64,000 nt of DNA, from NCBI GenBank assembly GCA_024137785.1, contig JAHRHZ010000041.1, positions 15,292,385 through 15,356,384 of the forward strand, written 5' to 3'. The notes under the pieces are model-generated. The model was not told the DNA's origin. It was given only the letters and a program-made list of their open reading frames with translations, and searched no databases. Positions 25,576 to 37,228 of this stretch are shown here, one piece after another. This stretch comes from Ginglymostoma cirratum (Eukaryota). The position numbers and the translations under genes were made by a program. Each line of letters opens with the position of its first letter. The stretch's first letter is position 1.

Positions 25576-28439
25576 TCACGAAATTGTTTTCGAATGGATT
25601 AATTAGTGGGGTGTGAACATCATAATCCATCCCCAGATGCTAATGAGAAGGCAGTGAAGAACCTACTTGACCTACTGCAGTCCACATGGTAAAGGTGACC
25701 TTGTCAATTCAGTTAGGCATCTTATTGCATAAGAAGGATTGATGGTTCACTCAGACTAAAGTGCCTGGAAAGGATATTACTAGGATAAAAAAAAGGAACA
25801 AAAAAAAATCTTTCCTTTTGCTGTTCTCCGATAAGATCTTTCTCCATTGTCTTTTATGAATAGTTTCTTTTCCCCCTTGCTTCCAAGTACATGGATAGGC
25901 CCAAGTGGTCTACGCTCAGCAACTGGTCACCATGATAATCAACTTGTAAACATAAAATTCATCGTCTATCATGCAAAATTTCACTCTGGAATCTGACCTA
26001 TGCAAAGTCACCATCAGCTGGGATCAGTTACACACGATCACACCGACGTTTGCAAAAAAAGAGGGAACAAGCAAAACAAGTAAACTGACATTGTGTTTTC
26101 CTGAGGTGAAGGCAAATTACAACAGGACCAAACATAATAGACCAGATTACTGGAAGTGCACTGAGATAGTCACCTCGTCACACGTTTGGGGGCCTAGTCA
26201 ATGGTGTCAGAGGATACTAAAGGGCACGTTGCACCTATTGTAGTCACACGATGGAAATCTTAAGAGCAAGGGTGGCAAAGCAGGGGCCTTCCCAGAATAC
26301 AGGGAAGGAAGAGCACACAAGGAAACCAAAAAAAAAAAAAAATAAAATGAAATGGTAGTGACAGCATAGAGGTGGCAGCAGTAGATTCGGCAAACAAGGG
26401 GTCTGGCAGGCAGACAGATTCTTTATCACAATGAGCGCGAGAGCGCGCGAGAGAGCGCCACAACGAGAAAGTGATTCACTGGCTTTTTCCAAAGGTAGCT
26501 CCAGTTTTACTTTGACCACTTTCAATTCCCCAATGTATGGTATTCCTACCACTGTCATAGCATAGCTGAGAGCATCAGGTTAAATTGGCAATTCACTACA
26601 CTTTGGGAAGGGTGAAGGGTGTAGAGAAGAGTGTGTCGGATGGAACAAGGCTCAAACCAGACCTGATGCACTATAAACCTGTACCACTTGCTTCAGATGA
26701 TAACCTACTGACTGCTCCATTAGATCCTTTCTAAAGCAGCAGCAAGTGAGAGGGCCACTAAGTTTGAGTGATAAGTTGGGAGAAAGTAAAGGCCGACACA
26801 AGGAGTATCCTCAAAGAAAGAGATATTTGTAAAATTATATTTCAGTCCAACAACCAGCTTCACTTTCCTTCGGACGTCAGGAGGCAAAGTTCAGAAATTA
26901 CTTTCTTGATGTCAAGACTTTTGTAAACCTGAATGATGAGAGAGAGACTGCTCATCTCCATGAAAATGCCTGTGTTTCCTTTATACCTCCAGCACAATAC
27001 AGGGTCAAGCTTTCTTCAGTGCCCACAGTCAATGGCATTTCAGCACCTCCACTGTGTCGGTACAGTGTCCAATTTATGACCTGTGGATTGGGAAACTTTG
27101 GACGTGCTCGCTGAGCTGAGCTGGATTACAAATAGCAGTTAAGTGGTTCACTGTTCAGCACATTCAGATGTGTTTGGCCCAGGGATTTCTTCACAGCAGA
27201 CTCTACTCTGACCACATGCAGGCCTGTAACAAGGAAATTCTTGCCAATTCCTGCTCACTAAAGATAACAAGGTCCCAATGCAGTTAGATAAGCCATGTAA
27301 GCTGTCTGCATTGAGATATGACAAATGCACTTGCAGTATTAAGGTTACATTCTTGTAATACTTGCATCAAAATCAAGAACATGCTGATGCCCTCAATAAT
27401 TAATAAAAACACATACAATCTTTGCTGCCTGGGAGAAGGCTTCAGATTCATGCAAGGATGTAGGAGATCAGCTGAAGAACAAGTTCAAAAAAACTCTTCT
27501 GCTAAGATGACAGACATTTTCCTTCAATGGTGTAGGATCCAGGTTACAGCAAGATGAAACGAAAACAAATTCAGTGTTATAATCACACGTGGCATGCAAC
27601 CGTAGCAGTGTGTGGGTGTCAAAACACTGCTTCTGTAATCTATTAGACAAATAAAGCTGTCAAGATGCACAACAAACAGCATTTCAACCCAGCTCATTAG
27701 AATAAGCCTCAATCATGAACGCAATTAGCCCAATGTGCATTCTTTAGCAAAATTTTTCAGGTTAACTTCTCAAATCTGATTTCATATATATTTTGAATGT
27801 AAGAAAAAATCTTACTTTTAAAAATACAATAAATTACAGCTTAAATTCATTACAACAGTTTATCATGGTTTAAAAGCATATATGCTTGAAGAGGATTGGA
27901 CTTCTGAATCCCAGATTAAAATAAAATGCCATGTTATTACTTTATGCAATGTGAAGACCACATTAATAAGCATAGCAAAAGTTTTCCACTTTGATTCAAT
28001 TTCGTCCCATGTATTCAACATTTACCACAATACATAATTCTGAAAAGCTAATGATCACTCCAATCAGTTAATGACATGTTCAATTCATCAGATATAATGT
28101 TGATATTAGATTGAAATAATTAAAAAAAAATTGGTTTCCAGTCAGTCATTTTAGGACTATGCTAACACAATCAATGAATTCACAAACAAACATCGGAGGA
28201 TCGTGGGATATCTGCAACAGGAAGGTAATTGGAAGTTACCAACTTCAGCATGAAGATACAGTGTCATAGCCACACAACCGATTAGAAACACTTGTGGATG
28301 AATTGCAGTAGTTTTAGAGATCACTGAAGTACCCATTTAGCCCAAAGAGCACATCAGGACCACACTGATGACTCAGAAGAGTAACACTACCCTTTTGTAT
28401 ATTCTAAAGGCAATTCTTTTGCAATAAGAAACTGCACAT

Positions 28440-28660
28440 ATAACTTCATGTATCTGTTAGAAGTGTTGAATAATTACATCACAAGTAATGAGATCTTTAG
28501 GAAGAGTCACTTTATGGTACAAATGTGGCAGTCAATTTGCTAATCCAAGGACTTGCTGTTTGTAATGTGATGGAAGACCAGTCAATCTTTCCTGTTGGCT
28601 TTGGTTGAGGGCTTAATGTTGGGTGAGGGGCTGGAAAACTGCGCACATGGCTACTGTGGA
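28440..28660 (-). mobile_element. Decayed Deu-domain SINE (SacSINE1-like)
   Basis: gtggcagtcaatttgc...aatgtgatggaagaccagtcaatct...ggttgagggcttaatgttgg is reverse-complementary to blocks in 12575-12760. Confidence 0.45.
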
Positions 28661-30799
28661 TGTATTGATGGCTAACTGGCCTTTAAATCCCAAAAGGAAG
28701 ACGATCACAATGTTTGCAGCAACAAGAAAAACTGGGCAAGATGAAAACAATGCAAAAAATTGATCCTCAGGTTTACAGAAAAACACCAAGGGGTACTTCC
28801 ATTTTTCAGCACAATTTACACTTCAATATTGATTGATAGCAAATGGATGCATGTCAGCTCAGACCTACAATGCACGTCTTTCAACCAAACAAATACTTTA
28901 ACCATTTCTTGTTCCATGCTCTCCTCGCTCATCATGGGGATGGGGGAGGGGGAGCAGGGTTGGGTGAATATGGGACAACCATCACCCAATGATGCTTCAC
29001 TCCCCATTCTCTTGTATTCGTAAGAATACATCTATTCAGTGAGCATCAGGGAACTATGAGGCAGTGCAACATTGAGCGTGATCCCATCACTCGCCCAGCA
29101 CAAGGTTTGTTAACTCAGACAAAAGGAATCTGACCTGACCTTTTAATGACCCAGCTATGTACTGCTTTGACAGAGGCTCACTGATAAATATTTTTAAAAA
29201 AACTCTTCCCTAACAAAAAGGCAACTACTGTTTAAAGTCCACCTAATGGACTGGCTACAAGAGTGAAGACTTGAGGCATTTTTCTGACCCCCTATCCCTG
29301 GTTTTCCCCCCTCAAATTGGCTCAAAGCTCCTTCTGACAAATCATTGCGTTCATATGGTTGGCATTGCAATACAAGCCAGGTTTACAGCAAACGTTCTCT
29401 ACTTCACACTTGAATTTCCAGGTTTCACAATAGGAGACATTCAGCAGCTTCTGCGCAATTCATTAGAAATTGTTCTGTTCTTTTTATCGTCAGAACCTGT
29501 TCAACCTTCTAGCTCTTAGCAACAGATCATCATCTCCATCCAACCCACCACCCTCTGAATGACTCAAACCTGCTGTTAACAGCATTCCGTGTACAATTTA
29601 CAATCCAGAGGCTGTTTCTGGTTTGGAATGGAGGGGAGAAATATCAGACTACAAATGGTGCGCATTCACCCAGTTCAAAACAATGAGATTGATTACATCA
29701 AGTAGTTTTTGTTTTTTCCAAGGGTGGAGGTGACTAGGACTGGGCAAAAGATGGAGGCTGAGATTCAATACAGACAACTTGACTTGTACACGTCAAAATC
29801 CTTCCTCCTGTAGGAAGGAACAGTGAATAATATTAATCATTTCAAATGCCATTACAGAACACATTCACACAGGGTACACATTATCAGTCATCTATTGCCT
29901 GTATTTATCCAACTATTTGATAAAGGTTTGCAGATTTCAGATATCGTGACTGTGTTTTCTCCCCTCTTCATGACTTTAGTTCAACAGTCTTAATGGATAT
30001 TTGAAGGTCATCAAATCACTAATACCACAATTCCATTCCAACAGAGTTTTAAAAACAGAAGACCATTCTGTCAACTGCAAGGTCAGAGGAGCAAATATAT
30101 TTACCTTGATGGCTGAAATTACTGCTTTTACCTATATATCCAAGGTCTGACCTGCTCACTATCACATCACTCCAATAGGCAGTGACTGTCTTGATAACTT
30201 GCCTTGTCTACCCAATCTGATGCATCTTTTGAAACAAATAATGTTTTGAGAAAGAAAACTTTGCAGCATTGTTCCATTAATACTAATTCAGGCCTCAATG
30301 GGCTTTATCCTACCAATCAAGTTTTATTTGATTTATTACAGACATTGCTTGTGACCATTCTGGGTAATTTGGGTAACACAGAAGTCTATCAGAATGGGTG
30401 CCAAATTTCCCCAGCATGCAAACGTGTTAACTCTTGGTTGCCAGAACCTACGTCTGATATGGCCTTGTGTAAAATCACCCTTGATCAAGAGATTGCCCAA
30501 AGAAGAAGAGAACAGCATTGTAGGACTATAGCTCTGTCATCCCAAAAGTAAAAAAAAAAATCATTGATATTACAGAAAATATGAGTCCACCATCACTTTC
30601 AGAGCTCCCATGCAAAATTTGAGACAAAGATATTGGAGATAGGGAAACCAACTTCAGGGCAGACTAGAACCAAGTTGGATTTGTGGTTGCACATGCAGGA
30701 ATTGTCAACTTGAGTTTTAATGCTTTTTTGGGCACGGTCAATCTCCTCCAGGAGCAGGATGTGAAAGCTCACATGTGTCCTAATGAACATTGCAGATAG

Positions 30800-31680
30800 C
30801 TCCCTTCACTCCATACTCTTTTTTGATAAGGAATTGAGATTTCAAACTAGTGGCATGAGAGTCCTGGTCTACTTTTTGAGACTGAGTTTAATTATTAACT
30901 AGTTCAGTCTTGCTGGAACCATTATTTTAAATTAGTGTGGGTCAAGGAACAACTTCTGAACAAGTCTTGATATCTTGATGGAAAATTGACTATATTGTAG
31001 GGATTTATGACAGGGAAGAGAAAACATCAAGAGATACCAGCCTTCTTTTGGATGTTTCTAAGCTAAAATCAATCCTCGATTCATCTAAAGCTGGCGATGG
31101 AAGCCTTTTGGGCAGATTAAAATAAAGAGAGACTGACTGAAGTTAGTTGCAAGAATAGTTTCTTCCACAAAAAGGAGTTTGTTCAGAGCAGTTAAGGGGA
31201 TAAGTTACCTCAGTGCAAGGGTTTAAAATTTGTGAAAATGTTTAGACCAGGGAGTGTCTAAATAACCAGTGTAGATTTCTAACCAAAAAGATGAGAAAGT
31301 TTCAAGTCAGTGCAAGTCAAAGGAAAAAAAAGGTTTTGCAGCTCACAGGGCTGGCAGTGAAATGCAACTAAACCAATTTCCAGATTTGACAGGAAATAAA
31401 AATTCTCTGGGTTTTGATTCCCATAAAGTGAAGGTGTTGGAGATTTTGTTTTGCTTAGTGTTGAAATCTTTTAAGCTGTTTTATATGTGGACAGCTTTGT
31501 TTGTCTTCTTTGCTTTTGCATAATAAAATTATTAAAACCAGATCTGCAGCCTGGTGGGCTTATGTTTCAGTGAAAGACCAGCATGTTAATTTTTAAAAAA
31601 AAAAGTGATCTAACAAACCAGGCTTTTTTTTCAAGGATCTGACTTGCCCAGTAGTAACATCAGCTAGGATCAAAGTAACT
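30800..31680 (+). repeat. Possible solo-LTR-like repeat
   Basis: G/T-rich block with AATAAA near 31522; its end (gatctgacttgcccagtagtaacatcagctaggatca) resembles 25990-26030; 5' boundary uncertain. Confidence 0.35.
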
Positions 31681-32311
31681 CAAACCGAAAAATTAGATCA
31701 AGTAGCTACACAAGCTGGTTAGTGCCATAGTGGCACCTCTGTAGCAGCATGGGCACCCACATGTCAACATGTTAATTAGCTGCCCTTTCCTACTGGCATA
31801 ATCCTGGGAACTCATCAGCAACCAATATCAGGGTCATTATGGAATGCTAGGAGAGCCATGGTCTGATTTTAAAATTACCAGGGCTATACCGCAGAACAAA
31901 GATATTAATGCAGGGAAGATTTGAAGTTTTCTGCTAAACCTTAGTTTATAGCTGCTGAAAGAAAGGCACAGTTTGTCAAAGCTTTTTACCTTGTACTCAT
32001 CGGGACAACAAGAAATGAGAATCCCCTTTCCTACAGTATAAATGTGGTTTTCCTTTTACATTGGCATCTCTTGCCATTTTCCCTGCTGGGGGCAAGAAAA
32101 CTGGTCTCTCAGCAATACTCAAGTGCTTTATCACTAATATAATTACTGTAGCATCCCTCAACATTAAGGAGGCTTCTCTCATCGGCAGTATCAAGAGATA
32201 CAGCTTGAAAAATATCACCTTAACTTCTTATACCCAAATATAGCTACCCTCTCCAGCAGGACAGCAAATGGCTAAGGGGTGGATACCAACCAGTACACAA
32301 ACTCTGAGGGT

Positions 32312-32453
32312 TAACACAGTGTGGAGCTGGAGGAACAGGAAAGTCCCGACCCGAAACAGCAACTTTCCTGCTCCTCTGATGCAGCCTAGCCTGCAGTGTT
32401 CCTCCAGCTCTACAGTTATCTCTGACTCCGGCATCTGCAGCTCTTCCTATCTC
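32312..32453 (+). mobile_element. Fold-back PLE pseudo-LTR insertion, decayed
   Basis: Short inverted arm taacacagtgtggagctggaggaacaggaaagt joined to cccgacccgaaacagcaactttcctgctcc...gcatctgcagctcttcctatctc; gggttaa on both flanks. Confidence 0.75.
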
Positions 32454-32811
32454 TCAGTGGGTTAAGTGTATATCTCTACAGTTCAAGTCAGTGGTTCACA
32501 TTAATTCCCATTCCCCAATACATTGCAAACACTCACATCCAGATTCAGATTCAATTACTTCCATCAACAAAGCAACAGTGCAAAGAACAACCTTTCCTAA
32601 ACCATTGGCAAAGTCCAACACAACAAAAGTTGGAAACAGAAGCATTACCATGAGATTGTTGGACTACATTGCCAGGCATGGACCTTCGGTCAGACTCAAG
32701 AAATTATGAGGAAAATGGATGTTCAGATTCATTAAAGAAAAGCCTGCTTCTCCTCTACATTCCTTTGAAAAAAAATTGCTCACAAGAGAAATCAAAAGTT
32801 TCTTTTTCTAA

Positions 32812-32940
32812 CAGCACTGCGGGTGTGTATCTACACTACATGGACTGCAGGGGTTCAAAATGACAGCTCATCACACGCAAGATAAATTAAGGATAGGCCA
32901 TAAATATGGGTCTAGTCTAAAGCCACATCCCAAGAAATTA
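32812..32940 (+). mobile_element. LINE 3' tail fragment of the 18237 family
   Basis: ggactgcaggggttcaaaatgacagctca...ataggccataaat...ccacatccca. Confidence 0.6.
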
Positions 32941-33149
32941 GGAAAAATCAGTTCCCTACACAAAATTGTGGTAAGAGGTAAAAGGAGTGGAGAGGAAGTT
33001 GAGAGATGAGAGAGAGGAAAAGAATACTGATCAAAAGGGCAAAAAAAAAAAAGTGATGTTATGTTACCACCCTCCTATGTTTTGAAACCTATAAACCCCT
33101 CATTGGATCCTGTCCCCTTTGTGACTCGATCCAAAAGCCTACAATTGGA

Positions 33150-33335
33150 TAAAAACAAGTTATCGTAGAAACTAGCAGCTCTGGCGAGAAAGCAGAGTCA
33201 TCTTTTCAGGTCCTTTCACCAGACCAAAACTGTTGAGTCTGTTTTCTCTCTAGATGCTGCCAGACCTACTGAGCTTATCTAGCAATTTCTGCTCTTGTTT
33301 CAGATTTCCAGCATCTGCAGTTTGTAGGTTATTTT
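33150..33335 (+). mobile_element. Fold-back PLE pseudo-LTR insertion (family B), decayed
   Basis: agcagctctggcgagaaagcagagt..tttcaggtc faces agatgctgccagacctactgagctt...cagatttccagcatctgcagt. Confidence 0.65.
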
Positions 33336-34926
33336 TTGAACTGATTTTCTGTCCATTTTCCTGGCAGAGCCCAATTATAGACCAAAACAAAAAAAAAGTG
33401 TTTTTTCTGAGAAACAAACTCAGCAATTTCACTGTTTTATCAGCAGAAAACCAGCCTGAAAGCGTAACAGTGAAATTGGCAGCACTGAGGCAATGCAGGA
33501 GTTATTCGTAAACAGTGGAGCCAATGTCCAAGGAGCGCTCAATTCTGCTTCTGGCATTGTACTGTTCCAGTACCTGACCCCACACCATGTAATTACACTT
33601 TTCCAACTACAACTCATTTTTCATTATGACAAATTCAATTATCATTCCCATGACCATCTGACACTATGTAAATGTGTTCACATTTCATTTTACATTTTCT
33701 TTAGGGAAAAAGAGCCCTGGCGGTTCTTGTACATTTTCAGAAAATAAAACCCACCTTTTATTTCATGGAAATGGACTACTTCCTCAGCAATCACCAAAGC
33801 ATGTAGGCAAGTCAGGTTTGTCTTTTATGAAACCTTTCTAGCTATCAGTATCTGGCCCAAGTTACTCAGACGCTCTTAATAGCGTGTTGCCTCAATTCCA
33901 AAAGGAATTGAAGGTTGGGTATAAGTAGGCTGTTTACTTGAAGGAAATGCAAGGGCACGCTCCAGAGTTAAACAGAGGAGTCTGTCAAGTAGCACCCACT
34001 CCAGGGACTATCAGTTCCAAACTCTTGCATGCGTACAACTTGCATTGTTTAAGAAAAAAAAAGAACACTTATGAAACAGATTGAGATTCTTCACATCTGA
34101 ATACCCACCCCCAATAAAACAAGAGGCAAAGAATTACAGTATGTGAAATCTGTAAGACTTATTTTTTCTTCTTAAACATTTCCATTAATGATTCATACTA
34201 AAGCTCTTATGGCTGTACACTACGGTAAATTTTATAAAGTTTTGATTATGTTTTGGGTCCTTAATTAGGGAACGGAGGGGAGGGAAGGTGTCATGTGAAC
34301 TTGTGCTGAAGTCAGCATTATAACATGCCTAGATGATGGGGCTGTAAAAGATTAAAATAGGCCTAGATACTTTTCACCACCTTCCTAGAAAAGGATGTAC
34401 ACTTGCAAATGAATCTGGAGACAAACTGTCAGCCTCAAAAATCTCAACGCTGCTACCTGGATACATAGCCCATGTGATTCACCATACCATGGGGAATAAT
34501 GCAAAAGAAGCTGCGGTGAAAATCAGATTATAGGATTTACAGCATAACCAAATATCATAGATGTATGGGTTGTTCTGCCAGGCTGTGGGAGTCTGGGTGG
34601 GAGGGAGTGGGGGCAACTCAGGGCAAGACACTAAGCAAGTGAGCATGAGTAGGCGTGTGAGGCACCTAAAAACAGGGTGGAAGCTCATGCTTAAATTGTA
34701 AAGATCAAATTCATAAAACATGGCTGAAGTTTACCCAACTTGCGCCAACAGTAGGATTTCTAATAATAGAGTGAAGATTGTTGTCCACGTTAAGCTGCGA
34801 CAAATAACAAATAAATACTTGGATGTTGTGAATCACTGATTTTGGAATAATTAAATATCTAACTAAAAATGACAAAGCAATGTATACTTGCAAAGTGTAC
34901 TTCTTTGGTTGTTCTGAAGTAAAAAA

Positions 34927-34946
34927 GGCAGGCAGGCAGGCAGGCA
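34927..34946. repeat. (GGCA)5 microsatellite
   Basis: ggcaggcaggcaggcaggca. Confidence 0.9.
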
Positions 34947-34959
34947 GACATTCTGTTCA

Positions 34960-35160
34960 AAGATAGTAGGAACTGCAGATGCTGGAGAATCTGAGATAAC
35001 AAGGTGTAGAGCTGGATGAACACAGCAGGCCAAGCAGCATCAGAAGAGCAGGAAGGCTGACGTTTTGAGGGTCTAGGCCCGAAACAACATCAGCTTTCCT
35101 GCTCCTCTGATGCTGCTTGGCCTGCTGTGTTCATCCAGCTCTACACCTTGTTATCTCAGA
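34960..35160 (-). mobile_element. Fold-back PLE pseudo-LTR insertion with up to 15-bp TSD
   Basis: cagacattctgttca at 34945-34959 and 35157-35171; about 72-bp inverted arms with 3 mismatches; about 33-nt tail on the left. Confidence 0.92.
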
Positions 35161-35219
35161 CATTCTGTTCAGCGGTTTAAATTGCCAATACAGCTTTTAG
35201 TCACAGTATATGTCCAAAT

Positions 35220-35266
35220 ATAGCTGAATGAATAATATTGTATTGTTGTATTATTCATTCAGCTAT
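35220..35266. repeat. Perfect 18-bp hairpin with an 11-nt loop
   Basis: atagctgaatgaataata / tattattcattcagctat. Confidence 0.95.
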
Positions 35267-36339
35267 TAAAGAGGGCTGGATTTTTTTTTTTTAAGGAAAT
35301 GGAATGGTCTGCACGGAGCTCATAACAAGTAATGTCAGTGCCAAAGTGGACAGCTTGGGAAGAAATAGAAACTTACTTTGAAAATCAACCTTTCCACCCT
35401 TTCACACCAGGCACAAGAAAGCCATTTGACCCAAAGGGTCTATGTGCAGCTACAATATTCTCCTCCATCAAGAAATGATGCCTCAACGCAACATACTAGC
35501 CGCTTTAACAGTCAGGGAGGAGTACAAAAAAAAACCCTTTCATGGTGCTTTGATCTTTGGAATTACACGACCTGCCAGGCTAAATTGGGTCAAAATTATT
35601 TCTTAAAATAAAACTGTCCATCGCAAATTCAATTTAGAAAACTCAGAACCATTCAAATGATCCATTTTCATACAGATTAGGCAACTCGAATTAGAGATTG
35701 TACAATCCATGTGGGTGCAGAACAATCTTTAGTCCTTCACGTTTACATTAATGGCACCATCCTTACAGAGTTGCATTCCTTGAGTGCATTTTCCTAAATG
35801 CATCATGGCATCTGTATCTAGTAGCTTAAGGTGATAAGATAGACATTGAAATCAGCACGCCAATTCTCCCTAGAAGGAAAGGACTTCAGATAAGCTTTAA
35901 GCTGAAAGTATTGTAGTTGCTTCAATATGAAAATGCAAATCTACTGTGTGCAGGCACAAACTGATGGAGGCTAAGTGAAGAGTTTTGAAGCGATGCCCAT
36001 GATTGTTTTTCTCAATGCTGTTATCCTAGAGCCAAGACCATTCTCTGGGCACACTGCAGATAAATATTATCCTTTAGAGATTATAATCAACCTTCAAAGG
36101 GTCAACATGAAAGCAGGATCTGAACCTTTCTGCCTCCGGTCTTGTTTAGATAAATTTTTTTTGATGCCACAGCATTATCAACGAAATCAAACGTCATCCT
36201 ATAATCCTTTTAACCCTGATAAACAATACTGCAGTTTTTTTTGGGCGGGGGGGGGATGGGGAGAGTCATTCATTTGGGGAACACAGACTCAAAAGTATTG
36301 GAGCCTTGGTGACTCTTCTACGTGCATATTATTGAAAAT

Positions 36340-36465
36340 AGGTCACCATGAAGGACTCTCCATTTCAACATCTCTGCCCGCCGGAGGTCAGTTAAAACAG
36401 ACCTGTTGCTTCTCTCTAATGAGAGGATAGCCCTATGGTTCTGTAGCAACATGGTAACTTTACCT
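36340..36465 (+). mobile_element. 3' part of a tRNA-derived SINE (family of 56280)
   Basis: ctctctaatgagaggatagccctatggt...atggtaacttta shared with 56400-56455. Confidence 0.55.
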
Positions 36466-36695
36466 TTGAGAGTGGACCTAGCTAACTAGGTCATTATTCC
36501 CCTGAATGGAACCCTGCACTTACATATAAACAGAGTGAACGAATGACTTATGAATGACATTGCTCCAACCTGCAACAGCAAGTAGTTGCAGATTTCATTC
36601 CCCAAAAAGGATGAGAACTTTGAACACCATTGCTGCCTGGCAACTAAATCCCCCTCGTTTTTGGAGGCAGGTCAATCAATGCATGTTATACATGT

Positions 36696-36830
36696 CTGAG
36701 GGTCGGTCATTGGACCCAAAGTGTTAACGCTGATTTTTTTCTTCACAGATGCTGCCAGACCTGCTGAGCTTCTCCAGCAACTTTGTTTTTGTTCCCGATT
36801 TACAGCATCTGCAGTTCTTTTGGTCTTTAT
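36696..36830 (+). mobile_element. PLE pseudo-LTR (family B) with decayed hammerhead
   Basis: ctgagggtcggtcattggacccaaagtgttaac...gatgctgccagacctgctgagc...agcatctgcagttc; possible TSD catgttataca / cacgttatata. Confidence 0.7.
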
Positions 36831-37104
36831 CACGTTATATAGCATACGATTTTCTTTAAAAAAAGATGGGAATAAGTAAATTCTAAAGTTAGATTTCAAC
36901 TATTTTAAAGCTTAAAATCTGTAAGGGCACTTTAAAGATTTCCTAATGTTAGCTGTCTGCCCACTACAGACTTCACTGATATCCAAAAATTGGAAGTAGT
37001 TTAAAATAATGCATGTTGGAATTATGAACGTTTAAACTACCTAACCTACCAGCTTTCAGGTGGACGTTTTTTAAAAGCAAAAAAATGCTTTCATGGATGA
37101 GATA

Positions 37105-37228
37105 ACAAGATGGTAAGAACTGCTGATGCTGGAGTCAGATAACACAGTGCGGAGCTGGAGGAACACAGCAGGCCAGGCAGCAGAGGAGCAGGAAAGCTGA
37201 CGTTTCGGGTCAGGACCCTTCTTCAGAA
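37105..37228 (-). mobile_element. Single-arm PLE pseudo-LTR insertion
   Basis: Same family as 20881 and 34960; candidate TSD atggatgagata 37093-37104 / atggatgaggta 37229-37240. Confidence 0.85.
37199..37226 (-). ncRNA. Minimal type I hammerhead ribozyme motif, core intact
   Basis: The minus strand reads CTGAAGA-A-GGGTC(CT)GACCC-GAAA-CGTC^AGC. Confidence 0.78.

Noticed and set aside
26432-26460. CpG-rich gagcgcgagagcgcgcgagagagcgcc
   Set aside because: Too short for a CpG island; best explained as a degenerate (GA)n microsatellite.
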